A DNA stretch of 64,000 nucleotides, from the NCBI GenBank assembly GCA_030599585.1, contig JAUVNS010000007.1, positions 1 to 64,000 on the forward strand, written 5' to 3'. A program made the translations under genes and the position numbers. Below the pieces are notes generated by a model. The model ran no database searches and was not told where the DNA came from. It saw only the letters and a list, made by a program, of their open reading frames with translations. Positions within the stretch are counted from its first letter, which is position 1. Each line of letters begins with the position of its first letter. Positions 28,195-37,977 of the stretch are shown piece by piece. This DNA comes from Promethearchaeota archaeon (lineage in GTDB: Archaea; Asgardarchaeota; Lokiarchaeia; Sigyniarchaeales; SOKP01).

Positions 28195-29910
28195 ATGACA
28201 CAAAAAATGACTCGAATAAAAACTGGAATTTCGAGATTTAGGAACAGCTTAAAGTTAAGGATAAGACCGGAACAGCATAAAGTTAAGAAAAAGCGTTACA
28301 ACAAAGATATTAAAATTAAGCATGTTAAACCAGGCGAATCATTAGTAGAGATGCAGGGGATCACAAAGCGATTCCCGGGTGTGTTAGCTAATAATGCTAT
28401 TAACTTTGAGCTAAAAGCGTGTGAAGTCCATGCTTTGCTTGGAGAAAACGGTGCAGGCAAAACAACCTTGATGAATATCTTATACGGACTCTATCGATCT
28501 GATTCAGGGGAAATTAAAATTCAAGGAGTCCCGGTTCACCTAAAATCGCCAAAAGACGCAATTGCAATTGGAATTGGGATGGTTCACCAACATTTCACAC
28601 TAATTCCGGCAATGACTGTTGCTGAGAATATTATTCTGGGGATGAAGACCTCCAAAGGACCTCTTTTGAATCTCGCTGAAGCCGAGAAACAAATCATTGA
28701 GCTCTCAAAAACCTACAATCTAGAGGTTGACCCCAAAGCAAAGGTAGAACAGCTCCCAATGGGTATTCGCCAACGAGTTGAGATAATAAAAGCTCTGTAT
28801 CGTGGTGCACGGATACTTATTCTAGATGAACCGACCTCAGTTCTCACTCCTTTGGAAATCGACGATTTTTTTGACGCTCTGAAATCCATGGTAAAAGAGG
28901 GATTAACTGTTGTTATTATAACTCATAAATTACCCGAAGTCTTTGCCATAAGTGATCGAGTAACAGTCCTTAGGGATGGATGTTTTGTTGAGACAATTGA
29001 GACCAAATTAACTAACCCAAATGACCTTTCGATGAAAATGATTGGAAGAGAGATTCTTTCAGGACAGAAGGGGATCAATATCAAACGTGGTAAGGTTGTT
29101 CTTGATGTTCAGGGTCTTAAAACCATGAATGATAAAGGTCAAGAAGCCCTCAAGGGTATTTCTTTCTCAATTCACGAGGGTGAGATACTGGGATTTGCAG
29201 GAATCTCAGGAAATGGTCAGAAAGAGCTCGCAGATGTACTCTCTGGTATGAGACCCTCTACAGATGGCACGGTTCACTTTCTGAAGCAAGATATAACCAA
29301 TTTTAAACCAAAGAAATTAATCGAATTAGGAATAGGGGACATCCCTGAGGATCGGGCAGGAATTGGTCTTGTTATGAACTTTTCCATCGCAGAAAACTTG
29401 ATTTTAGAGTCCCATACCAAGACTCCATTCTCAAATAGTTGGTTCTTGCCTTTCAACAAACAATATTTCTTGGATAAGAACGAAATCCGAAAGTATGCAG
29501 AAAAAATTATCCAAGAATATGATATTGATACACCAAGTCCTAATATTCCAGTAAGAAACCTGTCAGGTGGTAACCTCCAGAAGGTTCTCTTGGCAAAAGT
29601 TCTCTCTAGAAATCCAAAATTGCTTATTGTCGCTCAACCCACAGCTGGATTAGATGTTGGAGCCTCAGAATTCATATCTAAAAAGCTATTGGAGCAGAAA
29701 AAAAGACAAGTGGCCATTTTACTTATCTCGAAGGACTTAGAAAAAATTATGACCCTGAGTGATCGCATCGCAGTCATCTATGAAGGTAAAATTGTAGGGA
29801 TAGTTCCTGTTGCTGATGCAAAAATCAGTGAAATTGGTCGGATGATGACTGGTGTTGAAAATGTGTCCACTGATGAAAATCCTGAACAAGGTTTGGGAGA
29901 ACAATGTTAA
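28195..29910 (+). CDS. ABC transporter ATP-binding protein, tandem NBD (nucleoside/sugar CUT2 type)
   Basis: GENGAGKT, GMVHQHF, ILDEPT, ITHKL, IPEDR, LSGGNLQK, QPT.GLDVG. Confidence 0.95.
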   Translation: MTQKMTRIKTGISRFRNSLKLRIRPEQHKVKKKRYNKDIKIKHVKPGESLVEMQGITKRFPGVLANNAINFELKACEVHALLGENGAGKTTLMNILYGLYRSDSGEIKIQGVPVHLKSPKDAIAIGIGMVHQHFTLIPAMTVAENIILGMKTSKGPLLNLAEAEKQIIELSKTYNLEVDPKAKVEQLPMGIRQRVEIIKALYRGARILILDEPTSVLTPLEIDDFFDALKSMVKEGLTVVIITHKLPEVFAISDRVTVLRDGCFVETIETKLTNPNDLSMKMIGREILSGQKGINIKRGKVVLDVQGLKTMNDKGQEALKGISFSIHEGEILGFAGISGNGQKELADVLSGMRPSTDGTVHFLKQDITNFKPKKLIELGIGDIPEDRAGIGLVMNFSIAENLILESHTKTPFSNSWFLPFNKQYFLDKNEIRKYAEKIIQEYDIDTPSPNIPVRNLSGGNLQKVLLAKVLSRNPKLLIVAQPTAGLDVGASEFISKKLLEQKKRQVAILLISKDLEKIMTLSDRIAVIYEGKIVGIVPVADAKISEIGRMMTGVENVSTDENPEQGLGEQC

Positions 29911-29932
29911 TATTTTTGAGGACTGAGATTAG

Positions 29933-30940
29933 ATGAGGACAATCACTATGACCGATTCGAAGTCGCCCTATTATCGTTCAGGCCATCAATCTAAATCCTT
30001 GTACTTGAATGCTCAATCAATAGGTCTGACTGCTTATGACAGGATTCAAATACAAGGCAAAATTGGTTTGATACATAGTATATTCCAGCGTGTAATCAAC
30101 ATCACCGTGTTGGGGGACCGATTGATCAGTTTGGTCGGACAAGATGTAGGACAAGGATCGTTGAATATACTTGTAAACATTCCTAATCATATTAATCTGG
30201 TAACAATCGGGATAAAGAGGGGTGATATCGTGACACGAGTCGGTGATTCGATACTTATAGGTGAGAATGTTATTGTGATATTAACCCAAAGGACTGAACT
30301 ATGGGAGCCAACGAGAAAATTTCAAGCTAATCTGCAACCCCTTAAGACAATTATGGCAAACATAGAGGTTATGAGAGAAGTTGCTCTTGTTTCTGATCAC
30401 CTCAGTGGTTTAGGTGAATTAATTCCTTTTACCCAAATTAACGGTCTTAAAGATTCCAAAACTGAAAAAATAGGTTCAGTTTCTAATTTGGCGTTACCTC
30501 ATATTTCATCAATGCTCAAAGCAATAAAATCAGGCCATTCCCAGGACCTAAAACGAGTTACCAAACATCTTGTAGGATTGGGTCCAGGACTAACTCCTGC
30601 TGCTGATGATATGCTCCTCGGGTTAATGATTAGTATGTTGTATATTTCAGAAAACTTTAATCAAACGATTATTGATGTCAAGAAAATCAATAAAGATATA
30701 ATATCAATCATTTCAGGGAGAACTACAATTATAAGCGAAGAGTTCTTAAGAGAAGCTTCAGTTGGAAAAGTAAATGAAGCTGTCACCTCTCTTATGGAGA
30801 ATTTGTTGACTTCAAGACAAAGAGAGTTAGAGAATTATGTTAGAAATGTCTTGGATTTAGGTGGTACATCTGGCACAGACACTGTGTTTGGAATCATCCT
30901 TGGGTCACATTTAATGTTTGACGATATATTTAAAAATTAA
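29933..30940 (+). CDS. allH: DUF2877 protein (YlbF/YahE; AllH-like subunit)
   Basis: IHSIF..VIN, LVGLGPGLTPAADD.L.G, TT.IS...L, G.TSG.D...G. Confidence 0.88.
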   Translation: MRTITMTDSKSPYYRSGHQSKSLYLNAQSIGLTAYDRIQIQGKIGLIHSIFQRVINITVLGDRLISLVGQDVGQGSLNILVNIPNHINLVTIGIKRGDIVTRVGDSILIGENVIVILTQRTELWEPTRKFQANLQPLKTIMANIEVMREVALVSDHLSGLGELIPFTQINGLKDSKTEKIGSVSNLALPHISSMLKAIKSGHSQDLKRVTKHLVGLGPGLTPAADDMLLGLMISMLYISENFNQTIIDVKKINKDIISIISGRTTIISEEFLREASVGKVNEAVTSLMENLLTSRQRELENYVRNVLDLGGTSGTDTVFGIILGSHLMFDDIFKN

Positions 30941-30964
30941 GAAGTGTTGTTAATAAGTTCTATA

Positions 30965-32536
30965 CTACCAAGGTCTTCTGAGAGTAGTAGACCTGCTCAT
31001 TTCAGATTTTTCTGGATGATCTAAATTATAATGAATTCCACGACTTTCTTTGCGTGAGATAGCGCTTACAATTATAATTTTAGCCACTGTAGCTAAATTT
31101 CTAAGTTCGACGAGATTCTTTTCTATTTTAAAATCCCAATAATATTGATTGATTTCATCTTGTAACATGTTAATCCTTTTTTTAGCACGCTGAAGTCGCT
31201 TATTAGTGCGGACTATTCCTACGTAGTTCCACATAAATCTTCTAATTTCGTCCCAATTTTGCGTAATAATAACCGCTTCAGTAGATGGAACGGCATGACC
31301 TGGTTCCCATTGCTCAAATTCTTTAATTTTTAAATCAGAAGATAACGATGTTAAAGTTTCGGCGCACTCATGAGCGCTCACTATTCCTTCAAGTAGAGAA
31401 TTACTTGCCAAACGGTTCGCACCGTGAAATCCCGTACAGGCAGATTCTCCTATAACATATAGATTCTTTACTTCCGTAGATCCATCAATTCCTGCCATTA
31501 CGCCTCCGCAACAGTAGTGAGCTGCAGGGACGACTGGTATAGGATCCTTGATTATGTCAATGTTAAACTTTAGGCATGTTTCGTATACTCCAGGGAAATG
31601 GTTTTTGATAAAACTTGGTGTCTTATACGATGAGATATCTAAAAGAACGTGATCATCTCCAGTTTTCTTGAGTTCTGCGTCTATAGCTCTTGAAACGATG
31701 TCTCTTGGGGCTAATTCTTTGGAAGGGTGATAGTCCTGCATGAACTCTTTACCACGAACATTTTTCAAAATTGCTCCTTCGCCTCGCATCGCTTCAGTAA
31801 TCAAAAAGGATTTGGCATATGGATGGTAAAGGCAAGTAGGATGGAATTGATAGAATTCCATATTCGAAATAGTCGCTCCAGCACGATATGCCATTGCGAT
31901 TCCATCCCCCGACGCTATATCGGGGTTAGTAGTATAAAGATAAATCTTACCTGCACCACCTGTTGCTAAAATTGTTGCTTTCGCAGCAATGTTGTGAATA
32001 ATTCCGCTTTCTTGATCTAAAACATAAGCTCCATAACATTTGTAATTACTAGCATATAGATTGATCGCACACCAATGTTCTCTAATTTCAATATTCTTTA
32101 TTTTTTTTACGTTATCTATAAGGTTCTTTTCTATATTTTCACCTGTTTGGTCATTTACATGAAGAATTCTTCTTTCCGAGTGTCCACCTTCTTTACCAAG
32201 GTCGTAATTTCCAGTATCGTTTCTCGTGAACTGAACTCCCATTGTAATTAATTCATTTATTCTTTCTGGTGCTTGAGTTACAATTTTTCTTACTACGGGC
32301 TCATTACAAAGTCCATCTCCCGCGCTTAATGTATCTTGAATGTGTTTCTCAAAATTATCGCTATCACTCCAAACACTTGCGATACCACCTTGAGCATAAT
32401 ACGTACTTCCCTCTTCCAAGTTTTCTTTAGCAATTAGTAGTATATTATCATCAGGGGAAAGATGCGCTAATTTTATTGCTAATGATATCCCAGCAATACC
32501 ACTACCTACAATAAGAAAATCTGTTTTAGTATTCAA
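30965..32536 (-). CDS. nadB: L-aspartate oxidase
   Basis: GSGIAG, STYYAQGGIA, EGGHS.RRILH..D.TG, LATGG, EFYQFHPT, ITEAMRGEG, ELAPRDIVSRAI, AAHY.CGG, HGANRLASNSLLE. Confidence 0.96.
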   Translation of the reverse strand: MNTKTDFLIVGSGIAGISLAIKLAHLSPDDNILLIAKENLEEGSTYYAQGGIASVWSDSDNFEKHIQDTLSAGDGLCNEPVVRKIVTQAPERINELITMGVQFTRNDTGNYDLGKEGGHSERRILHVNDQTGENIEKNLIDNVKKIKNIEIREHWCAINLYASNYKCYGAYVLDQESGIIHNIAAKATILATGGAGKIYLYTTNPDIASGDGIAMAYRAGATISNMEFYQFHPTCLYHPYAKSFLITEAMRGEGAILKNVRGKEFMQDYHPSKELAPRDIVSRAIDAELKKTGDDHVLLDISSYKTPSFIKNHFPGVYETCLKFNIDIIKDPIPVVPAAHYCCGGVMAGIDGSTEVKNLYVIGESACTGFHGANRLASNSLLEGIVSAHECAETLTSLSSDLKIKEFEQWEPGHAVPSTEAVIITQNWDEIRRFMWNYVGIVRTNKRLQRAKKRINMLQDEINQYYWDFKIEKNLVELRNLATVAKIIIVSAISRKESRGIHYNLDHPEKSEMSRSTTLRRPW

Positions 32537-32712
32537 GAGACTTATCAGCTTAATTCATTATTTATTTAAGTATTTATTATTTACTCTATTTGTAACTACT
32601 TAATCGTAAATTTTTTTTAAGATTTTTCATTTCTACACTTAATTTACCATCAATTTAAAATTGCTTAAAATTTAGATGGCTATCTATAATTTTGATTTGC
32701 ATTCTTAGAGAA

Positions 32713-33210
32713 ATGACAAAAATAGAGAAGGTACTTTTTTTATGCTCAGGGAATTCTTGTCGTTCCGTATATGCCGAATATTATGCAAAATGGCTGAAAA
32801 GTACATCTTATAAAGAGGAATTACGATATGTCAATTTTGACTCCGCAGGAATTCGCCATTATTTTGAAACTCCACGCGAGGGCACAGTTAAATATTTAGC
32901 TTCTAAAGGAATAAGCGTAGATGGGTTTGTTGCTAAGGATATAACAGAAGAATTGATAAATACACAAGATCTAATTCTAGGATTCGAAGCTCGATACCAC
33001 ACAAACAAATTAAAGAGAAAATTTAAACACATTGAGAACTTAGATAAAAAAGTTTTTTTATTACTTGAATTTGCTGGTCAAGAGAACAATTGGGAGATCG
33101 AAGACCCTATTCATATGCCACTTGTAGAATATAATAAAATTCTCCAAGTTATTGAAGCTGGTGTTAACAAATCTATAGAAAAAATAATTAAATTTAATAA
33201 ATCAGAATAA
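32713..33210 (+). CDS. low-molecular-weight protein phosphatase (LMW-PTP fold) 1
   Basis: P-loop CSGNSCRS, DSAG, D-loop IEDP; probable start ATG 32713. Confidence 0.88.
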   Translation: MTKIEKVLFLCSGNSCRSVYAEYYAKWLKSTSYKEELRYVNFDSAGIRHYFETPREGTVKYLASKGISVDGFVAKDITEELINTQDLILGFEARYHTNKLKRKFKHIENLDKKVFLLLEFAGQENNWEIEDPIHMPLVEYNKILQVIEAGVNKSIEKIIKFNKSE

Positions 33211-33220
33211 AGGTTAATCA

Positions 33221-33706
33221 ATGAATAAAATCTCTAAAGTATTAATCACCTGTTTTGGGAATACAGCAAGAAGTCCCGCAGCAGAATATTTAGCACGAGA
33301 CTATGCTAAAAAAAAGGGAGCTGATTTAATCTTTGAAAGTGCTGGCTTCATAAATGCTTTTTCATATATGCAACCGGAATCTCAAGAATATTTGGATGCT
33401 AAAAGTATAAAACATTCTGACTTTCACCCTCAAATTATCAATCGTACATTGCTTGAAAAACAGGATTTAATTATTACTATGGAGAAGTCGCATGTAGATG
33501 AAATAAGAGATAGCTACCCCGGGATTGTTGCCATCGATAAAAAGACATTCACTCTAAGAGAATTTAACGGAGAAACAGACAAATTAGATATTATCGATCC
33601 ATATTACGAGAGTACTAATACTTACAAGAAAGTTCTTAAACTTATTGAGGATAATATCGAAAAAATGGTAAATAAAATAATACAGATTAATCAATCAAAA
33701 TCTTAA
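33221..33706 (+). CDS. LMW-PTP family phosphatase 2
   Basis: CFGNTARSP.AE, ESAG, DLIITME..H, DIIDPYY. Confidence 0.9.
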   Translation: MNKISKVLITCFGNTARSPAAEYLARDYAKKKGADLIFESAGFINAFSYMQPESQEYLDAKSIKHSDFHPQIINRTLLEKQDLIITMEKSHVDEIRDSYPGIVAIDKKTFTLREFNGETDKLDIIDPYYESTNTYKKVLKLIEDNIEKMVNKIIQINQSKS

Positions 33707-33798
33707 TACTTTTTATTATAGCCTAGAATTTACCTTTCTATATTTGGTTAACATCAAATTGTTTATATACATGTAGTATATGTTATAATTGACTTGAA

Positions 33799-34269
33799 AT
33801 GAAAAGAAAAGAAAAAGAGCGAAAAAAGGGAATAGAACAACGACAACAAAAAACAATTAAAAATCCTCGTTTAGAAGCGCTTTCAGAGATTTCGGAGTTA
33901 ATAAATGATGCAAATGATTCCTATATGAAAATGGATTATGATAATGCAATCAATTACTCCGAAAAAGTGATTAGATTAGCTATAAAATCAAATTTTGAAC
34001 AACATATAGAAGAACAACAACAATTCTTGATAAAAATTGCTGAGAAAGTACAAGAAAAGTATTTTGTTTCAGAAATTAATGAAGCGATCAAAGAAATTGA
34101 AAAAATCTATAATATACTTCTTGAAGCTAAACAGATTTCTCAAGCTCATGAAATTTTAGAAACTTTTAAGAGGCACTATCAAGATAAGATTGATTTAGAT
34201 TCTATACCTTTAATAAAAGAATTAGAAATGAAGGATCGAAGAGAATGGGTAAAAAATAAAGTAGAATAA
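33799..34269 (+). CDS. all-helical (TPR/MIT-like) module protein, paralog of 43343 and 44491 ORFs
   Basis: LEALSEISEL...Y....Y..AI...EK.I.LA...AHEILETFK..Y...IDL.SIPL aligns with both paralogs. Confidence 0.75.
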   Translation: MKRKEKERKKGIEQRQQKTIKNPRLEALSEISELINDANDSYMKMDYDNAINYSEKVIRLAIKSNFEQHIEEQQQFLIKIAEKVQEKYFVSEINEAIKEIEKIYNILLEAKQISQAHEILETFKRHYQDKIDLDSIPLIKELEMKDRREWVKNKVE

Positions 34270-34324
34270 TAAATAATATTTTCAATCAATCCTTTATCAA
34301 ATTCCTCAGAAAAATAAACATATC

Positions 34325-34810
34325 ATGATTAGAAGAATTCTATTTATATGTTATGCAAATACATGCCGAACTCCCGCAGCTGAGAAATTAGCCGAACATT
34401 ACGCTAAAAAGTACGATCTAAAAGGAGTTTCTTTCGATTCCGCTGGTTGGCATATTGTATTTGATAATGCTCAATTAGAAACTATCGAATACATTACATC
34501 TAAAGGAATTGAAATGAAAGATTTTAGACCTAAAGCTATTACTCGATCGTTGGTAGAGAAACAGGATATTATTATTGGCATGGAAAGATACCAATTAACA
34601 AAGATCCGAAACAAATTTAAGGATATGAAAGAAATCTTGAAGGAAAAGTTGTATACTTTGAAGGAGTTCAATGGTGCGAGTAAAGAAGACCTTAATATTC
34701 CAGATCCTTACAAAACAGGAAAGAAACGGTACTTCGAGATTCTCGAAATAGTAGAGAAACAAGTCGAACTTCTCGTTCAGAAAGTTAAAAATATTAATCA
34801 AATAAAGTGA
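34325..34810 (+). CDS. LMW-PTP family phosphatase 3
   Basis: CYANTCRTP.AE, DSAG, DIIIGME, NIPDPY. Confidence 0.9.
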   Translation: MIRRILFICYANTCRTPAAEKLAEHYAKKYDLKGVSFDSAGWHIVFDNAQLETIEYITSKGIEMKDFRPKAITRSLVEKQDIIIGMERYQLTKIRNKFKDMKEILKEKLYTLKEFNGASKEDLNIPDPYKTGKKRYFEILEIVEKQVELLVQKVKNINQIK

Positions 34811-34942
34811 AAATGAAAATGATATTCTAATCTAAACTTAAGCATTGTTTACACTTTTGTAAAATCTCTTATTTAAACGGTCGCAATATTTAAAATTTCT
34901 GACACTATTTGAAAAAATATATAACTATTCTAATTTCTATTT

Positions 34943-35485
34943 ATGAACCAAATAACGATTAATAACGCAGTTATTGAGATATTCATTGGCGATTTATACA
35001 GTGTTCAATATGATGCAATTGTAATTCCCACAAACAGTCGCCTTTTGCCAAGTGGTAGTTTACGATGTAAGGTGCTAAAAGAAGCAGGGCATGCTATACA
35101 AGTAGAATGTAATCAGATCATAAGTAAAATAGCTAGTGTTCCAATTGGAGGTGTTGTCATCACATCTGGTGGTAATTTGAATGCCAATTTTATATACCAC
35201 CTCAGAGCAGGCCATGATCAGAAAAAATTGATGTTAGCAACTTGGAATTCCTTAACTCTCGCTAATAAAGAAGAATTATCATCTGTGGCGTTCCCTCCTC
35301 TATCAATAGATGTTTTGGGGTTTAACGCTAAGATTTGTGCTGGAATTATGATTCCGACGATTCAGAAATACATCTTAGAGAAGAATAGAAATTTAAAAAA
35401 TGTTTCAGTCTGTCTTGAAAATTTACCCGATTATAAAGAATTTGAAAGCGTTCTTAGCAATTTGACTGCTCCTATTCTTTCTTAG
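34943..35485 (+). CDS. macro domain protein (degenerate motifs)
   Basis: GDL....DAIV.P.N, G.VVITSGGNL.A.FI.H, SVAFP.LS...GF. Confidence 0.85.
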   Translation: MNQITINNAVIEIFIGDLYSVQYDAIVIPTNSRLLPSGSLRCKVLKEAGHAIQVECNQIISKIASVPIGGVVITSGGNLNANFIYHLRAGHDQKKLMLATWNSLTLANKEELSSVAFPPLSIDVLGFNAKICAGIMIPTIQKYILEKNRNLKNVSVCLENLPDYKEFESVLSNLTAPILS

Positions 35486-35751
35486 CCTTTGTGACGTTTT
35501 ATTATTCTTGTGCGTTCTTTCAATGATTACTCTTCAAAAAATGAGAATTTAAAAAACTTTCGTCTATGTTATGTGATGAGATTAGGGCTCAATATTTTAG
35601 TAGCCATCTGGAAAAAGTCCCTCCTTAACTGAAGAATAAGCCAAACAAATCTGGTATGGCATTATAGATGATTATTATGAAGACCCATGACTCTTACTAT
35701 TCCCCCTTAAGCTAATAAAAAGAAAATATTACTAATAATAATGGTCTAAAG

Positions 35752-36156
35752 TTATTCTCGGCGAAAATAAAAGATATCGTCCCCGTGTTGTTCCGAACTG
35801 ATCCATCCATCCACTCTCAATCTATTTAGAAGGTCTTGGAGATTCTCTCTACAAAACTCATTTTCATCAGGAAATTTACAAATTTCATCCATTCTTCTTA
35901 ATAGAGCTTTAACCGTGAGGGCTTTCCCTTGACTGTTTTTAAAGTAGATGAGCAATCTATTATAAGTATTTTCATGTAATGATACTGTTAAGGGAGGTTT
36001 CTGGATTATGGGTATACCGAGCAATCTTGCTTTTCGCTCTTCATAATCTGTATCACCGAAGACGCCATCCATTAATTTTTTCATTTTATCAATAGCTGCT
36101 CTACCTTTCTCCGTCTCAAAAACTTTACCACTAATTCCAAGACCATAGAGGTCCAT
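35752..36156 (-). CDS. hypothetical protein with C-terminal winged-helix-like region
   Basis: LLIYFKNSQGKALTVKALL...LQDLLNRLRVDGWISSEQHGDDIFYF. May extend upstream to an ATT at 36210. Confidence 0.6.
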   Translation of the reverse strand: MDLYGLGISGKVFETEKGRAAIDKMKKLMDGVFGDTDYEERKARLLGIPIIQKPPLTVSLHENTYNRLLIYFKNSQGKALTVKALLRRMDEICKFPDENEFCRENLQDLLNRLRVDGWISSEQHGDDIFYFRRE

Positions 36157-36477
36157 ATCTTTAAATTCGGTTTTAGAATCTTCTTCTTTTTCCTTCCTTT
36201 TCTCTTTAATTTGCCTCTCCTCCTATTTCCATTTATTTTTTCATATACTTTGAAAAGATTTTTGTAATATTACACAATTTGTCGACCATCTTTTATATAT
36301 CTTTTCCATACCCATTGCCGGCTTTTGTTGAATTCTTATGTTTTATATGTTATGGAGACGATATTTTATTAGAAGGATATTAGATGGCGTCTAATAATTT
36401 TTAAAAATGGGATTTTACATAGATTTAAAAAGTAACTTAACTAAATGAATTATTAAGACAAATATCGAAGTGCACTC

Positions 36478-37947
36478 ATGAAAGATAGTAAAAAAGAGAA
36501 GAAAAAAGCTTCTAAAAAATTGAAAAAGCTAAAACCAACAGGTTTGAATCAGCATAATATGTTTCAATTTCGGACGGGACTTGAATACTTTCAAAGAGGA
36601 CAATTAAATCGAGCAATAAATGAATGGGAGTCAATTAGAAGGCAATCACCTAATAATATTAATATTTTGCATAATCTAGCAATAGTCTATTTGCAAGCAA
36701 AGCAACTTTCAGGAGCTGAAGAGTGTATTAAAAGATCTTTAAGGATTAACTCAAAAAGATCAGAAGAATGGGATATGCTTGGCATGGTATATGCCATGAG
36801 GGCTGCTAGTAATTCAGGACCTTTAGATACCACTCTTATCGAAGAATCACTTGAATGTTTTTCAAAAGCGTTTGAATTAAATCCCAAAAATAAGGTTTTA
36901 TTGATTAAAATTGCAACTTCTCACTTTACATTACACAATCTAGAGCACGCTAAGAAAAACATCGAGAATTATCTAAAATACCACCCTAACGATCCTAAAG
37001 CTCTCGAGTTACGTAATGTGATAATAGAAGAATCCCGAAGATTTGGAGGTTTAACAATAAACTGTGAAAATTGTGGTTCAAAAGTTGAAGATTTTTTGGC
37101 TTTCTGTACTAATTGCGGTGAGGCATTAGAGAAGAAAACTGTAACGGGGGAGAGAGTTTCCTGTCTTAGTTGCGGCTCTATAATTTCAAAAAATGTTGGA
37201 AAATGCCCAAATTGTGGAGCCCCGATTGATAAGTATGGAATGGATATTCACGAGCAAGGAATTTCTAAAGATGGACTTATCTCACAAATGAATGAATTAA
37301 TGGAAAAGGAAGGATTCCAGCATGTGGAAACTGCTAAATCTTATTTTAATGCTATTCTTTTCTTAAATAAAGGAAAACACTCCGACGCCATTGATCTGAT
37401 GAAAAAAGCAACTGAGCTTGAACCTAAACATTCAACCTTACACTCTCAACTAGGTAACATGTATTTCGGCATAGGGAAATCAGATCTGGGAAAGCAATAT
37501 TGTGAGGAGGCTTTAAAATTTGATCCCCAAAATTATTCTGCATTGGAAATATTGTTAAGTTATTATACTCAGCAAGGAGATACTGAACAAGCTGAATATT
37601 ATTTCCAAAAGACTAAAGCCTTAGGTCCTAACTATGTTAAAGAATTAATTAGACAAGGGCACATTGTATTGGGAGCTGATGACACCTTTGGAGCAGTTTC
37701 ATTATGGAAGAAAGCGCAAAGATTGGATCCTGATAACATTGAAATAGAACTGAGGATTAAAGCTTTTGAAGAGGATTACATTATTGAAGAGGAATTGGCA
37801 AAGTTTAACGGAGATCTACAAGCTGCTATGGCACATTATCAAAGAAGATTAAGACTTAATCCAGATGATCCATTTGCGAAAAGAATGACAATGAAAATCT
37901 CAATGAGGCAAATGGGAGGTGCTCCCGCTTTTCGATATCGAGGATAA
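36478..37947 (+). CDS. TPR protein with central double zinc ribbon
   Basis: TPR consensus (W..LG.VY, A.ELNP) on both sides of CENC/CTNC/CLSC/CPNC. Confidence 0.88.
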   Translation: MKDSKKEKKKASKKLKKLKPTGLNQHNMFQFRTGLEYFQRGQLNRAINEWESIRRQSPNNINILHNLAIVYLQAKQLSGAEECIKRSLRINSKRSEEWDMLGMVYAMRAASNSGPLDTTLIEESLECFSKAFELNPKNKVLLIKIATSHFTLHNLEHAKKNIENYLKYHPNDPKALELRNVIIEESRRFGGLTINCENCGSKVEDFLAFCTNCGEALEKKTVTGERVSCLSCGSIISKNVGKCPNCGAPIDKYGMDIHEQGISKDGLISQMNELMEKEGFQHVETAKSYFNAILFLNKGKHSDAIDLMKKATELEPKHSTLHSQLGNMYFGIGKSDLGKQYCEEALKFDPQNYSALEILLSYYTQQGDTEQAEYYFQKTKALGPNYVKELIRQGHIVLGADDTFGAVSLWKKAQRLDPDNIEIELRIKAFEEDYIIEEELAKFNGDLQAAMAHYQRRLRLNPDDPFAKRMTMKISMRQMGGAPAFRYRG

Positions 37948-37977
37948 AAATGATAATATAATTAAAAGGTAAAATTT

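Larger units (their letters stand above)
19317..30964. mobile_element. genomic island inserted at the nadB 3' end (no integrase seen)
   Basis: Flanked by the two nadB-tail copies (19242-19316, 30965-31039). The 20.8-30.9 kb cargo looks more GC-rich than the flanks by eye. Confidence 0.7.

Noticed and set aside
32713-33210. Arsenate reductase ArsC call based on CSGNSCRS
   Set aside because: The two distal redox Cys residues are missing, and there is no arsR, acr3 or arsB nearby.
36223-36225. In-frame TAG upstream of the 35752 ORF as possible pyrrolysine or readthrough
   Set aside because: Another in-frame stop (TGA) lies 6 codons further upstream with no start codon between them; no pyl context in the window.
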